A stretch of 43,100 bases of DNA from Fidelibacterota bacterium (lineage in GTDB: Bacteria; Fidelibacterota; JAANXI01), in assembly GCA_018263365.1 (NCBI GenBank), contig JAANXI010000062.1:1-43100 (forward strand), read 5' to 3'. The notes beneath the pieces are model-generated. The model had not been told where the DNA came from. It ran no database searches and saw nothing but the letters and a program-made list of their open reading frames with translations. The position numbers were made by a program, and so were the translations under genes. Positions 33,167-41,298 of this stretch are shown here, piece after piece (the stretch's first letter is position 1; each line of letters starts with the position of its first letter).

Positions 33167-33204
33167 AAAAAAAAACGGCGCCCGGTAACTGACGGACGCC
33201 GTTT
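33167..33204 (-). terminator. Rho-independent terminator downstream of the 3D-domain gene
   Basis: On the minus strand: caaacggcg-u-ccg-ucaguuac-cgg-g-cgccguuu followed by a U9 run (plus-strand A9 at 33167-33175). A second small hairpin (gtaatcgat/atcgattac, 33205-33230) overlaps the stop codon. Confidence 0.75.
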
Positions 33205-33226
33205 GTAATCGATGGAAAAAAATCGA

Positions 33227-33784
33227 TTACGAGTCTGATCGGCTGGCAAGGAAGACGTTCCGCCTGCCCCATTGCAGGGCGGTCTTGTAGTCTTCCAGCC
33301 AGATATCGGCACGATTTTGGTACCGGCGGTTCATGGTATCATGCACAACCATCGGTTTAACATACACCACATAGACGGTATCGCCATAAGCGTATGCGCC
33401 GGTTGGATTGAAGCCCATCCGATGCATCAGGTCGGATTCAGCCTGGATCATATCCCTGCTGAGGGCTAGCGTTCCGTCCTGGACCTTTTTCCCGCTGGAC
33501 GTGGTAAAAGGATCATTATTTGTTTGCCAGGTAAAGCTATTATATGCTGTGGCAACGATCCGGCTGATTTGGATTTTGGAGACCGTGGAAATGTCATCCT
33601 CTATCTGGGTAGCGACGGTTCGCAGGGAATCCACTGTCTGTTGGAGTTCCGCCTTTTGGTTTGCCAGGGTGCGCAGTTCTTTTGCATAATCGGATTTGGC
33701 GGCATACAGAAGCAAACCGAACAACAACACCGGCACAATCAGCACCCCAAGAACGCTCCAGCGCAGTTGTTTGTTTGATTTCAT
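33227..33784 (-). CDS. Membrane-anchored 3D-domain (MltA/RlpA-like double-psi barrel) cell-wall protein
   Basis: 185 aa from the ATG at 33784, with GGAGGA 7 nt upstream. N-terminal TM anchor, a coiled coil, then VATAYNSFTWQTNNDPFTTSSGKKVQDGTLALSRD ... VVHDTMNRRYQNRADIW, carrying the three conserved Asp positions of 3D domains. Confidence 0.7.
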   Translation of the reverse strand: MKSNKQLRWSVLGVLIVPVLLFGLLLYAAKSDYAKELRTLANQKAELQQTVDSLRTVATQIEDDISTVSKIQISRIVATAYNSFTWQTNNDPFTTSSGKKVQDGTLALSRDMIQAESDLMHRMGFNPTGAYAYGDTVYVVYVKPMVVHDTMNRRYQNRADIWLEDYKTALQWGRRNVFLASRSDS

Positions 33785-33852
33785 TTGCTTTCCTCCGGAT
33801 TTATTCTCATAAATCATGATGTCAAATTCTCTGAGTTAATAAACGAAAAAAG

Positions 33853-34017
33853 TTAAATACGTGCAGGAGCCGCGTAATCAGCGCTGTGGATGGTACCGGT
33901 TGACACTCTGTCTGCCTCATTGCCGGATACTAACACTTTCAAAGGCATAAATGTGTGATGTTGATTACATTTCATCACAGGCTGTACCGCTCCTGTGATC
34001 TGAATCAAAGGTGTCAT
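33853..34017 (-). CDS. Possible 54-aa small ORF (MTPLIQITGAVQPVMKCNQHHTFMPLKVLVSGNEADRVSTGTIHSADYAAPARI)
   Basis: ATG at 34017 is preceded by GAGGAGAGGG (plus-strand 34027-34036) at 9 nt. No family was recognised. An ORF of this length is not statistically compelling, and the region also folds (see findings). Confidence 0.25.
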   Translation of the reverse strand: MTPLIQITGAVQPVMKCNQHHTFMPLKVLVSGNEADRVSTGTIHSADYAAPARI

Positions 34018-34238
34018 ATTTGCATTCCCTCTCCTCATATTTACGAATAATAGATTTCCAATACTCAAATGTCAAATATTTTTTTGTTTTTCTGTTGTAA
34101 GGGGTAGGGTAAATATTTACGATTTATTCGGGATGGATAAAGCACCAAAGAATATCGCCCGGGAACATTTTGTAGACAGATTACTTCAATTGAATGAATT
34201 GAAAAGATAGTTTTCCACTGAACGCACAAGGACCGAAT

Positions 34239-34493
34239 ATGCAAAGTAAAGCACAGGAAGAAAAAGCGCTGCGGCGACTTCGATTGATGACGGACATCAC
34301 CTGCCAGACCTTGGCAAAGGGGAGCACCACCCTAACAGAAGCTTATAATTTGATTTTTCACGTTCGCCGGCAGGCTCTTTCTCTGTTTCCCGATAAAGCC
34401 GACACATTCGATATGATATACGGGAGACGCTTCCACCGGATACTGGAAGAAAAAGGGGAATTATTCAGTATTGCGTACCCATTCTGGAATTAA
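34239..34493 (+). CDS. Hypothetical 84-aa protein
   Basis: ORF with plausible composition (MQSKAQEEKALRRLRLMTDITCQTL...). No recognisable family and no clear SD. Confidence 0.4.
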   Translation: MQSKAQEEKALRRLRLMTDITCQTLAKGSTTLTEAYNLIFHVRRQALSLFPDKADTFDMIYGRRFHRILEEKGELFSIAYPFWN

Positions 34494-34777
34494 ATATTTT
34501 GGTGTACTTGTGGATAAAAACTACTTGAAAAACAGGGGGGGCTACAGTACTTTTCGCCACTTGCCTGTAGAAAACTGTTATACCAATCACAAAGGGTAAA
34601 TGATAAACAGAGACAGGTAAGTAAGGGAAAAAATTTTACGAGCGAGCGATTGCACGCACCGTTCGTGCAGATGAAAAATATAATTAGCTGAGTGAAAATA
34701 AATTTTAGGTACCGCTTCTGTTTTAATGTAAGGGATTAAGACAGAAGCACATAGTATTTGAAGGAATTGCCAGTTTG

Positions 34778-35167
34778 ATGTTGAAAACGAAGAAATTCAC
34801 AATGTGGCGGTGGATAGCAATGTTCATCATTCCGGAGGCCGTCAATGTAAGCAGATCCCGGTATAGCGCATTTGCTTCTACACACCCATTTCGTATGACC
34901 GAATTACATCAATTGGAATCATTGGGGCAATTAGATATCGCAACATTTTTACGCCGATGGTACCAGAAGATCTCTTCGTTATTACACACGCCGATTGAAA
35001 AAAGTGGAGCCAATCGACGGCAGGATGACAGAAGCCGGATACAAACCGGCGCTTATCGACAATTTTCTTTGATGAGCAAATGCCGAGATCTCCAAAATGG
35101 TGCTTTTGTCTTGTCCGAACAGCACCTTCATCAGTATGATTCCCGCCTTTCCTTCAAATCACATTAA
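34778..35167 (+). CDS. Hypothetical 129-aa protein (orphan)
   Basis: An open frame of about 130 codons at roughly 47% GC is unlikely by chance, and it is the only ORF of 60 codons or more between 34494 and 35203. No motif was recognised and the composition is atypical (R/S/H/Q-rich). Confidence 0.3.
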   Translation: MLKTKKFTMWRWIAMFIIPEAVNVSRSRYSAFASTHPFRMTELHQLESLGQLDIATFLRRWYQKISSLLHTPIEKSGANRRQDDRSRIQTGAYRQFSLMSKCRDLQNGAFVLSEQHLHQYDSRLSFKSH

Positions 35168-35259
35168 ATCCTGACGGCTTCCCCACACCGGGATGCCTGT
35201 ATTTACAACCGCGTCAATACCCTTACTGTTGGCCACAGATGGAATGAAGGGTTTGTTCT

Positions 35260-36792
35260 ATGAGGAAAGAAATATTTATAAACGAGTCGTCCGGTGAGAC
35301 CCGGATAGCTATACTCGAAGACTCGCAACTGGTGGAGTTTTACGTTGAGAAGCCGGAAAACGAGCGCATGGTCGGAAACATTTACAAGGGCCAGGTGGAG
35401 AATGTCATCAATGGAATGCAGGCGGCCTTTGTAGATATTGGTCACGAGACGAATGCGTTTTTACCGTTTAGTGAAGTGGAGGACAATAATAGCCCGTTTC
35501 CAGGGATGCTCGATGCGCCGGATGATGAGGAATCCAACGGGAATTTCCGCTCCAACAGGCGAAATAAAGCGCATCCTGGCCTGAAATCCGGCGAAGATAT
35601 CATTGTCCAGGTTATCAAGGAACCGTATCGCGGCAAAGGTCCGCGAGTGACGACCGCCGTCTCCATCCCGGGGCGATTTATGGTGTTATTGCCGTATGCG
35701 GATCATGTAGGCGTCTCCAGAAAAATTCATAAGAGGAAGGAGAAACGGCGGCTCAAGCGTATCGGTTACGAAATTAAGCCGGAAAATTACGGGTTAATTG
35801 TGCGGACGGTGGCGGACGGAAAGTCCAAAGAAGAGCTGCAGAGTGATATTGATTATCTAATTTCCACGTGGCGGAAAATTGAGAGCAATATTAAAAAAGG
35901 GAAGGCGCCCTGCATCGTATATAAGGATATGGAGATGGCAAGCAGTATCATCCGGGATGTGTTCACGTCGGATGTTGATCGGGTGATCTGTGACGATAAG
36001 AAGCTCTATAAAAAATTGAACAGTTATCTCAAATCCACCACGCCGCAGCTGGAGGATAAGCTCCACCGGTATGACGGCCGCGATCCCATCTTTGATAAAT
36101 ACAATATCGACAAGGAGATCGAGAAATCGCTCAACCGGAAGGTCTGGCTGAATAGCGGTGGTCATTTGGTTATTGAGCACACGGAAGCCATGGTTACCAT
36201 TGATGTAAATAGCGGCAAGTTCATCGGGCGGAAAAACCATGAGCAGAACTCGCTGAAAATCAATCTGGAAGCGGCCCGGGAAATTGCCCGGCAGCTGCGG
36301 TTGCGGGATATCGGCGGTCTGATTGTCGTGGACTTCATCGATCTGAAGGATGATAAGAACAAGAAAAAACTGTACGATGAGATGAAAAAGGAAACCAAAA
36401 AGGATCGCGCAAAGATCGCGATGGCGCCTGTTTCCGAATTCGGGCTGATGGAGATGACCCGGCAGCGGGTGCGCCTGAGTCTGCTCCTGTCCACGAGTGA
36501 GGAATGTCCGGTGTGCCGCGGCACCGGCCGCGTCCTGTCCAAGGAATCCATGGTCACCAAAATTGAAAGCTGGATTAAACGCTTTAAATCCGAATGCAAC
36601 GAGCGACGCTTAATATTAAAGGTGCATCCCACTATTAGCGATTATCTGACCGAAGGCACCAAGAGCATAATTCGGCGGCTTATGTGGCATCATATTATGA
36701 AGATCGACGTTCAGCCGGATGAGGCGATTAACATTGACGATTTCCGCTTCATTTCGAAAAAGCAGAAACAGGATGTTACCGATCAATATTAA
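35260..36792 (+). CDS. rng: Rne/Rng-family ribonuclease (RNase G-like)
   Basis: 510 aa. S1 domain (VGNIYKGQVENVINGMQAAFVDIGHETNAFLP), DNase-I-like/catalytic region (VTIDVNSGKF..., GGLIVVDFIDL), and a Zn-link CPVCRGTG. Confidence 0.88.
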   Translation: MRKEIFINESSGETRIAILEDSQLVEFYVEKPENERMVGNIYKGQVENVINGMQAAFVDIGHETNAFLPFSEVEDNNSPFPGMLDAPDDEESNGNFRSNRRNKAHPGLKSGEDIIVQVIKEPYRGKGPRVTTAVSIPGRFMVLLPYADHVGVSRKIHKRKEKRRLKRIGYEIKPENYGLIVRTVADGKSKEELQSDIDYLISTWRKIESNIKKGKAPCIVYKDMEMASSIIRDVFTSDVDRVICDDKKLYKKLNSYLKSTTPQLEDKLHRYDGRDPIFDKYNIDKEIEKSLNRKVWLNSGGHLVIEHTEAMVTIDVNSGKFIGRKNHEQNSLKINLEAAREIARQLRLRDIGGLIVVDFIDLKDDKNKKKLYDEMKKETKKDRAKIAMAPVSEFGLMEMTRQRVRLSLLLSTSEECPVCRGTGRVLSKESMVTKIESWIKRFKSECNERRLILKVHPTISDYLTEGTKSIIRRLMWHHIMKIDVQPDEAINIDDFRFISKKQKQDVTDQY

Positions 36793-36875
36793 CTTGATAT
36801 CGCAAAAACAGAAATCTAAATTAATATGCTTTTGGAGAAACGATAAAATTCAGGAAGAAACAGGAGTACCAGCTC

Positions 36876-37292
36876 ATGTACGCGGTTGTTGAAATTAAGG
36901 GGAAACAGTTTAAAGTCACCTCGGGGGCGGAAATCAATATTCCAAAGACCGATGCGGAAGAAGGCGACAAACTAACGTATAACCGTGTGCTGTATATGCA
37001 CAATGGCAAAGATCCGGTAATCGGCACACCCACCATAGATGGCGCAACGGTGGAAGCGACGGTGCTTGGACACGGCAAGTCGAAAAAAGTGATGGTGTTC
37101 AAGAAAAAACGCCGGAATAATTATCGGCGGAAGCGCGGACATCGGCAGCAATTTACCTCCGTCCGGATTGATGATATCAAGGCAGCCGCACAGAAGAAAT
37201 CCAAGTCGAGCAAATCGTCGAAAAAGAAATCATCGAAAAAACCGGAAGCCAACGCAGAGGCTTCCGCTGAGAAAAAGAAATCAGAGGAGTAA
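36876..37292 (+). CDS. rplU: 50S ribosomal protein L21 with a Lys/Ser-rich C-terminal extension
   Basis: MYAVVEIKGKQFKV...VFKKKRRNNYRRKRGHRQQFT is the L21 core (~105 aa), followed by AAAQKKSKSSKSSKKKSSKKPEANAEASAEKKKSEE. Confidence 0.92.
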   Translation: MYAVVEIKGKQFKVTSGAEINIPKTDAEEGDKLTYNRVLYMHNGKDPVIGTPTIDGATVEATVLGHGKSKKVMVFKKKRRNNYRRKRGHRQQFTSVRIDDIKAAAQKKSKSSKSSKKKSSKKPEANAEASAEKKKSEE

Positions 37293-37295
37293 ACG

Positions 37296-37553
37296 ATGGC
37301 ACATAAAAAAGGTGTTGGATCATCGAAAAACGGTCGCGACAGCAATGCGCAACGTTTGGGTGTGAAAACCTACGGCGGCGAATTTGTGACCGCGGGCAGC
37401 ATTATTATCCGGCAGCGCGGCACCAAAATTCATCCCGGCTGGAACGTGGGACGCGGCGGCGATGATACCCTGTTTGCAAAGATCGACGGCCGGGTAACGT
37501 TTGAACGGCGCGGCCGGGACCGGAAAATTGTCAGTGTCTATCCTGAAGCATAA
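37296..37553 (+). CDS. rpmA: 50S ribosomal protein L27
   Basis: [24 protein letters not shown]...[13 protein letters not shown] is an unmistakable L27 sequence. The gene starts 3 nt after rplU. Confidence 0.95.
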   Translation: MAHKKGVGSSKNGRDSNAQRLGVKTYGGEFVTAGSIIIRQRGTKIHPGWNVGRGGDDTLFAKIDGRVTFERRGRDRKIVSVYPEA

Positions 37554-37661
37554 ATATTCAGGGTAGCTACTACCTATATATCCCGATAATGGGATAAATC
37601 AAAAATTCAGGTTCTCTTATGCGAAAGAGACTGGATTCGACATGGTTGGTACAATAAGTTT

Positions 37662-37695
37662 AAGGCGTGGACGGAATCCACGCCTTTTGTTTTTC
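37662..37695 (+). terminator. Rho-independent terminator after rplU-rpmA
   Basis: aaggcgtgga (37662-37671) pairs with tccacgcctt (37677-37686), loop cggaa, followed by TTTTGTTTTT. Confidence 0.8.
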
Positions 37696-37720
37696 TATGC
37701 GCAATTATTTAATCTTGCAC

Positions 37721-37742
37721 CAGTTTCCGGCTCCGGAAACTG
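37721..37742. promoter_or_regulatory. Perfect palindrome CAGTTTCCGG-ct-CCGGAAACTG just upstream of the mdh RBS (operator or 5'-UTR hairpin)
   Basis: 10-nt arms are exact reverse complements. The element ends 4 nt before AAGGAGG (37747-37753) and 16 nt before the mdh ATG. Confidence 0.3.
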
Positions 37743-37758
37743 AACAAAGGAGGTTTTT

Positions 37759-38682
37759 ATGAAAGTATCAGTCATTGGCGCTGGACATGTCGGCGAAAAC
37801 ACGGCTCGCCGAATCGCCGAAAAGGAATTAGCTGAGGAAGTAGCGCTGGTCGACATCGTGGAAGGGATGCCTCAGGGAAAATCGCTGGATATGTGGGAGT
37901 CCGCGCCGGTCGAAGGATTTGACACCCATCTCCTTGGCGCGAACGGTTACGAGGAAACCGCCGGATCGGCAGTCACCGTCATTACTGCCGGATTAGCGCG
38001 GAAACCCGGTATGAGCCGGGACGATCTGCTGGCGAAAAACACCGAAATTATTACGGAAGTTGTGGAAAACGTGGTGAAACATTCGCCGGACACGAAAATC
38101 ATTATGGTGACCAATCCTCTGGATGTGATGGCATACGTCGCGCTGAAGGTCAGTGAATTCGACTCCAACCATGTGATGGGGATGGCCGGGATTCTGGATA
38201 CGGCGCGGTTCCGTTCGTTTGTGGCACTGGAACTGGGCGTTTCCGTCCGGGATATCCAGGCGATGGTGCTGGGCGGACACGGTGATACGATGGTGCCGCT
38301 CCCGCGCTACGCCACCGTAGCAGGGATCCCGCTGCCGGACCTGCTGGCACAGGAAAAGATTGATGCAATCGTCGAGCGTACCCGCGGCGGCGGCGGAGAA
38401 ATCGTAAGCCTGCTGAAGAGCGGCAGCGCCTATTATGCGCCCTCGTCGGCGGCAACCGAAATGGTGGAAGCTATCGTCAAGGATAACAAACGCATCCTGC
38501 CGTGCGCGGCTTGGCTTACCGGTGAGTACGGATTGAATGATCTGTATATGGGCGTCCCCGTCAAACTCGGTAAAGACGGTATTGAGGAAATCCTGGAAGT
38601 GAAGCTGAACGATGAGGAAAAGACCATGCTGGAGAAATCTGTGGAGCACGTGCGCAGCAACCTTGCGAAGGTTTCACTGTAA
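37759..38682 (+). CDS. mdh: Malate dehydrogenase (LDH-like type)
   Basis: 307 aa. MKVSVIGAGHVG (Rossmann), ITAGLARKPGMSRDDLL (substrate-specificity Arg), GGHGDTMVPL. Confidence 0.92.
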   Translation: MKVSVIGAGHVGENTARRIAEKELAEEVALVDIVEGMPQGKSLDMWESAPVEGFDTHLLGANGYEETAGSAVTVITAGLARKPGMSRDDLLAKNTEIITEVVENVVKHSPDTKIIMVTNPLDVMAYVALKVSEFDSNHVMGMAGILDTARFRSFVALELGVSVRDIQAMVLGGHGDTMVPLPRYATVAGIPLPDLLAQEKIDAIVERTRGGGGEIVSLLKSGSAYYAPSSAATEMVEAIVKDNKRILPCAAWLTGEYGLNDLYMGVPVKLGKDGIEEILEVKLNDEEKTMLEKSVEHVRSNLAKVSL

Positions 38683-38710
38683 GTTAATTTCAGGAGTTAT
38701 GTTCTTGCGG

Positions 38711-38750
38711 AAAGCGCGGTTCGGTTTCCGGGCCGCGCTTTTTGTTTGTT
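38711..38750 (+). terminator. Rho-independent terminator after mdh
   Basis: aaagcgcgg (38711-38719) pairs with ccgcgcttt (38733-38741), with an inner cgg/ccg extension, followed by TTGTTTGTT. Confidence 0.75.
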
Positions 38751-38831
38751 GGTGAGTTCTGCTACGTGTATTAACTTTACAGCGTTTGTGAATTACTGAG
38801 GTTATTCGGAAGAAGATTGAAGGAGCAGAAA

Positions 38832-39740
38832 GTGGCTATTTTAGTTGTGGGATCAGTTGCACTGGATACGATAGAGACACCGTTTGCCAGGCGGGAAGAT
38901 GCCCTGGGTGGATCAGCGATGTACTTTAGTGTCGGCGCCAGTTTTTTCTCTGATGTCCGGCTGGTTGGCGTGGTCGGGACGGACTTTCCGGCGGATGCAA
39001 TTACATTATTACAGAACCATAACGTGGACATCACGGGATTACAGCAGGTCGAGGGGAAAACGTTTCGGTGGTCGGGCCGGTATCACATGGATATGAACCA
39101 GCGGGATACGCTGGATACGCAGTTGAACGTCTTTGAAGAGTTTTCTCCGAAGATCCCGGATGAGTATAAATCAACGGATTACCATTTTCTCGCCAATATC
39201 CATCCGGCGCTTCAGTTAGATGTCCTCTCTCAGGTCGAAAAGCCTGAACTCATCATTACCGATACCATGAATCTCTGGATCGACACCACTCCAGATGATC
39301 TTTGGAAAGTCATCGCGCAGACGGATATTATGCTCATCAGCGATTCTGAGATTCGCCAACTAACGGACGAACCAAACCTGCTGGTTGCCGGGAAGAAACT
39401 ACTGAAAGAAGGACCTGAGTACGTCGTCATCAAGAAGGGAGAGCATGGCGCCATGCTGGTGGATAATGGGGGGGTTTTCTTTGCTCCGGGCTTTCCTCTG
39501 GAAGATATTGTTGATCCAACCGGCGCCGGGGATGTTTTTGCCGCCGGGCTGGTCGGGTATCTGGAAAAGACCGGCACTGTAACGGATGTAACACTTCGCC
39601 AGGCGGTGATTTACGGGAGCACCCTGGCCAGTTTTAACGTCGAGGATTTCAGCTTGGAACGCCTGAAGACACTCACCGAAGATGAAATAAAAGAACGGTA
39701 CCGGATGTTCAAACAGATCACGCACTTCGAGAGCGAGTAA
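38832..39740 (+). CDS. PfkB/ribokinase-family carbohydrate (or nucleoside) kinase
   Basis: VAILVVGSVALDTIETP...GGSAMYFS N-terminus and the C-terminal DPTGAGDVFAAGLVGYL (PfkB signature 2). GTG at 38832 is preferred, with AAGGAG 6 nt upstream. The track's TTG at 38817 lies inside that SD. Confidence 0.8.
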   Translation: MAILVVGSVALDTIETPFARREDALGGSAMYFSVGASFFSDVRLVGVVGTDFPADAITLLQNHNVDITGLQQVEGKTFRWSGRYHMDMNQRDTLDTQLNVFEEFSPKIPDEYKSTDYHFLANIHPALQLDVLSQVEKPELIITDTMNLWIDTTPDDLWKVIAQTDIMLISDSEIRQLTDEPNLLVAGKKLLKEGPEYVVIKKGEHGAMLVDNGGVFFAPGFPLEDIVDPTGAGDVFAAGLVGYLEKTGTVTDVTLRQAVIYGSTLASFNVEDFSLERLKTLTEDEIKERYRMFKQITHFESE

Positions 39741-40159
39741 TGGACATATTTACGGAGTATATTCAACTCGACACGGAATCGAACATCGACATTATCGATA
39801 TTTCCAATGATGTCAGAACACTGGTGCGCAAGCATAATATTTCCAGCGGGCAGGTGACAATATTTTGTCCGGGATCGACCGGAGGTATCACAACCATCGA
39901 ATATGAACCAGGTCTGCTGAAGGATATTCCAGAGTTGTGGGAGCAGATCGCACCGGCTGGGAAAACCTATCATCATAACGAGACGTGGCACGACGGGAAC
40001 GGGCATTCGCACATCCGGGCGGCGATGACCAAGCCCGATCTCAACGTGCCGATTGTCGACGGGGAACTCACGCTGGGCACCTGGCAGCAGATTGTGTTTA
40101 TCGATTTCGATGTACCGGCCCGGCAACGCAGATTGGTGGTGCAGATCATTGGAGAATAA
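39740..40159 (+). CDS. yjbQ: YjbQ/UPF0047-family protein (secondary thiamine-phosphate synthase family)
   Basis: 139 aa. GQVTIFCPGSTGGITTIEYEPGLLKD, NGHSHIRAAM, LTLGTWQQIVFIDFD..RQRRLVV. The start overlaps the kinase stop (TAATG). Confidence 0.8.
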   Translation: MDIFTEYIQLDTESNIDIIDISNDVRTLVRKHNISSGQVTIFCPGSTGGITTIEYEPGLLKDIPELWEQIAPAGKTYHHNETWHDGNGHSHIRAAMTKPDLNVPIVDGELTLGTWQQIVFIDFDVPARQRRLVVQIIGE

Positions 40160-41207
40160 ATCGCTTAACATCGCAAAGTCCATCTGGTGGGAAAACGGCG
40201 TGATTCACATGCTGGATCAGACGAAACTGCCCGCCAAAGAAGTCAAACTGCACATTACAAATGCGGATGACCTGATCGAGAGCATCAAGCGGCTCTCGAT
40301 CCGGGGCGCGCCGGCGCTGGGCGTGGCGGGCGCATACGGAATGTTGCTGGTGGCAGATGACTGGAAAGATTCATCCGAAGCACCGGACTGGGAAGCAATT
40401 AAGTCCGATTTGGAGCCGCTCCGCAATGCGCGCCCGACCGCGGTAAATTTATCGTGGGCGATTCACAGGATTCTCGAGGAAGCAGAGTCGCAAAATCCGG
40501 CTAACAAATCCGAAGCGTATCACCTGATGAAGCAGCAGGCCATGGCGCTTCACCAGGAGGACGAAGACCGCTGTCGGGAAATCGGCGAGTACGGCGCAGA
40601 ATTGCTTTCGGATACCTCACAGGTCGTCACGCACTGCAACACCGGCGCATTGGCTACAGGCGGCATCGGCACGGCGCTTGGGGTGATTTACGCTGCGGTA
40701 ATGCACGGGAAGAACATCAGCGTGTACGCTGACGAAACCCGCCCGTTGCTCCAGGGCGCACGGTTGACGGCCTGGGAACTTCAGCGGGCGAATATTCCCG
40801 TAACTGTCATGACGGACGGGATGGCGGCGCCGCTGATGCAGCGGGAAAATATCGATGCGGTGATAGTTGGCGCCGATCGGATTGCCAATAACGGGGATAC
40901 GGCCAATAAAATCGGCACGTATCAGCTGGCGATAGCTGCGAAAGCGCATGATGTGCCCTTCTACGTGGCTGCGCCCACCTCGACGATAGACACATCTTTG
41001 GAATCCGGCGAAGATATCCCCATTGAAATGCGTGGCAGCGATGAGGTAATCCGGTGGGGAGATATTCCGACTGCACCGAAAAATATCCCGGTGTATTCGC
41101 CGGCGTTTGACGTGACCCCGGCTCAATACATCGCTGGGATAATTACTGATGTTGGAATCGCCCGCGAACCCTATGATTTCAGTGGTTTCATCGGATCAGA
41201 AAAGTAA
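40149..41207 (+). CDS. mtnA: S-methyl-5-thioribose-1-phosphate isomerase / eIF-2B-like (e2b2) pentose-phosphate isomerase
   Basis: SIWWENGVIHMLDQTKLP, IRGAPALGVAGAYG, TAVNLSWA, THCNTGALATGGIGTALGVI, ETRPLLQGARLTAWEL, VIVGADRIANNGDTANKIGTY, PFYVAAPTSTID. The start is uncertain. TTG at 40149 (11-nt overlap with yjbQ) gives a family-typical N-terminus. The track start at 40053 would run 107 nt through yjbQ. Confidence 0.8.
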   Translation: MENKSLNIAKSIWWENGVIHMLDQTKLPAKEVKLHITNADDLIESIKRLSIRGAPALGVAGAYGMLLVADDWKDSSEAPDWEAIKSDLEPLRNARPTAVNLSWAIHRILEEAESQNPANKSEAYHLMKQQAMALHQEDEDRCREIGEYGAELLSDTSQVVTHCNTGALATGGIGTALGVIYAAVMHGKNISVYADETRPLLQGARLTAWELQRANIPVTVMTDGMAAPLMQRENIDAVIVGADRIANNGDTANKIGTYQLAIAAKAHDVPFYVAAPTSTIDTSLESGEDIPIEMRGSDEVIRWGDIPTAPKNIPVYSPAFDVTPAQYIAGIITDVGIAREPYDFSGFIGSEK

Positions 41208-41298
41208 GAGAACAGGCATTTTTCTTCTTGAATTCGCCGCACTTTTCAGATACTTTTAATCGCATGTTGAATTTAAATGAATTTAGAGGAGTCCACGC

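Noticed and set aside
33992-34012. TPP-riboswitch-like string cctgtgatctgaatcaaagg (cf. ACCUGAUCUGGAUAAUGCCAGCG)
   Set aside because: The resemblance is only partial. There is no CUGAGA box or P1-P5 architecture, and there is no thiamine gene immediately downstream.
40053-40148. Track start of the MtnA-like ORF at 40053
   Set aside because: It would overlap the well-supported yjbQ gene by 107 nt and adds non-conserved residues (MSTGNSRWAPGSRLCLSISMYRPGNADWWCRS). TTG at 40149 gives a family-like N-terminus. The exact start remains uncertain.
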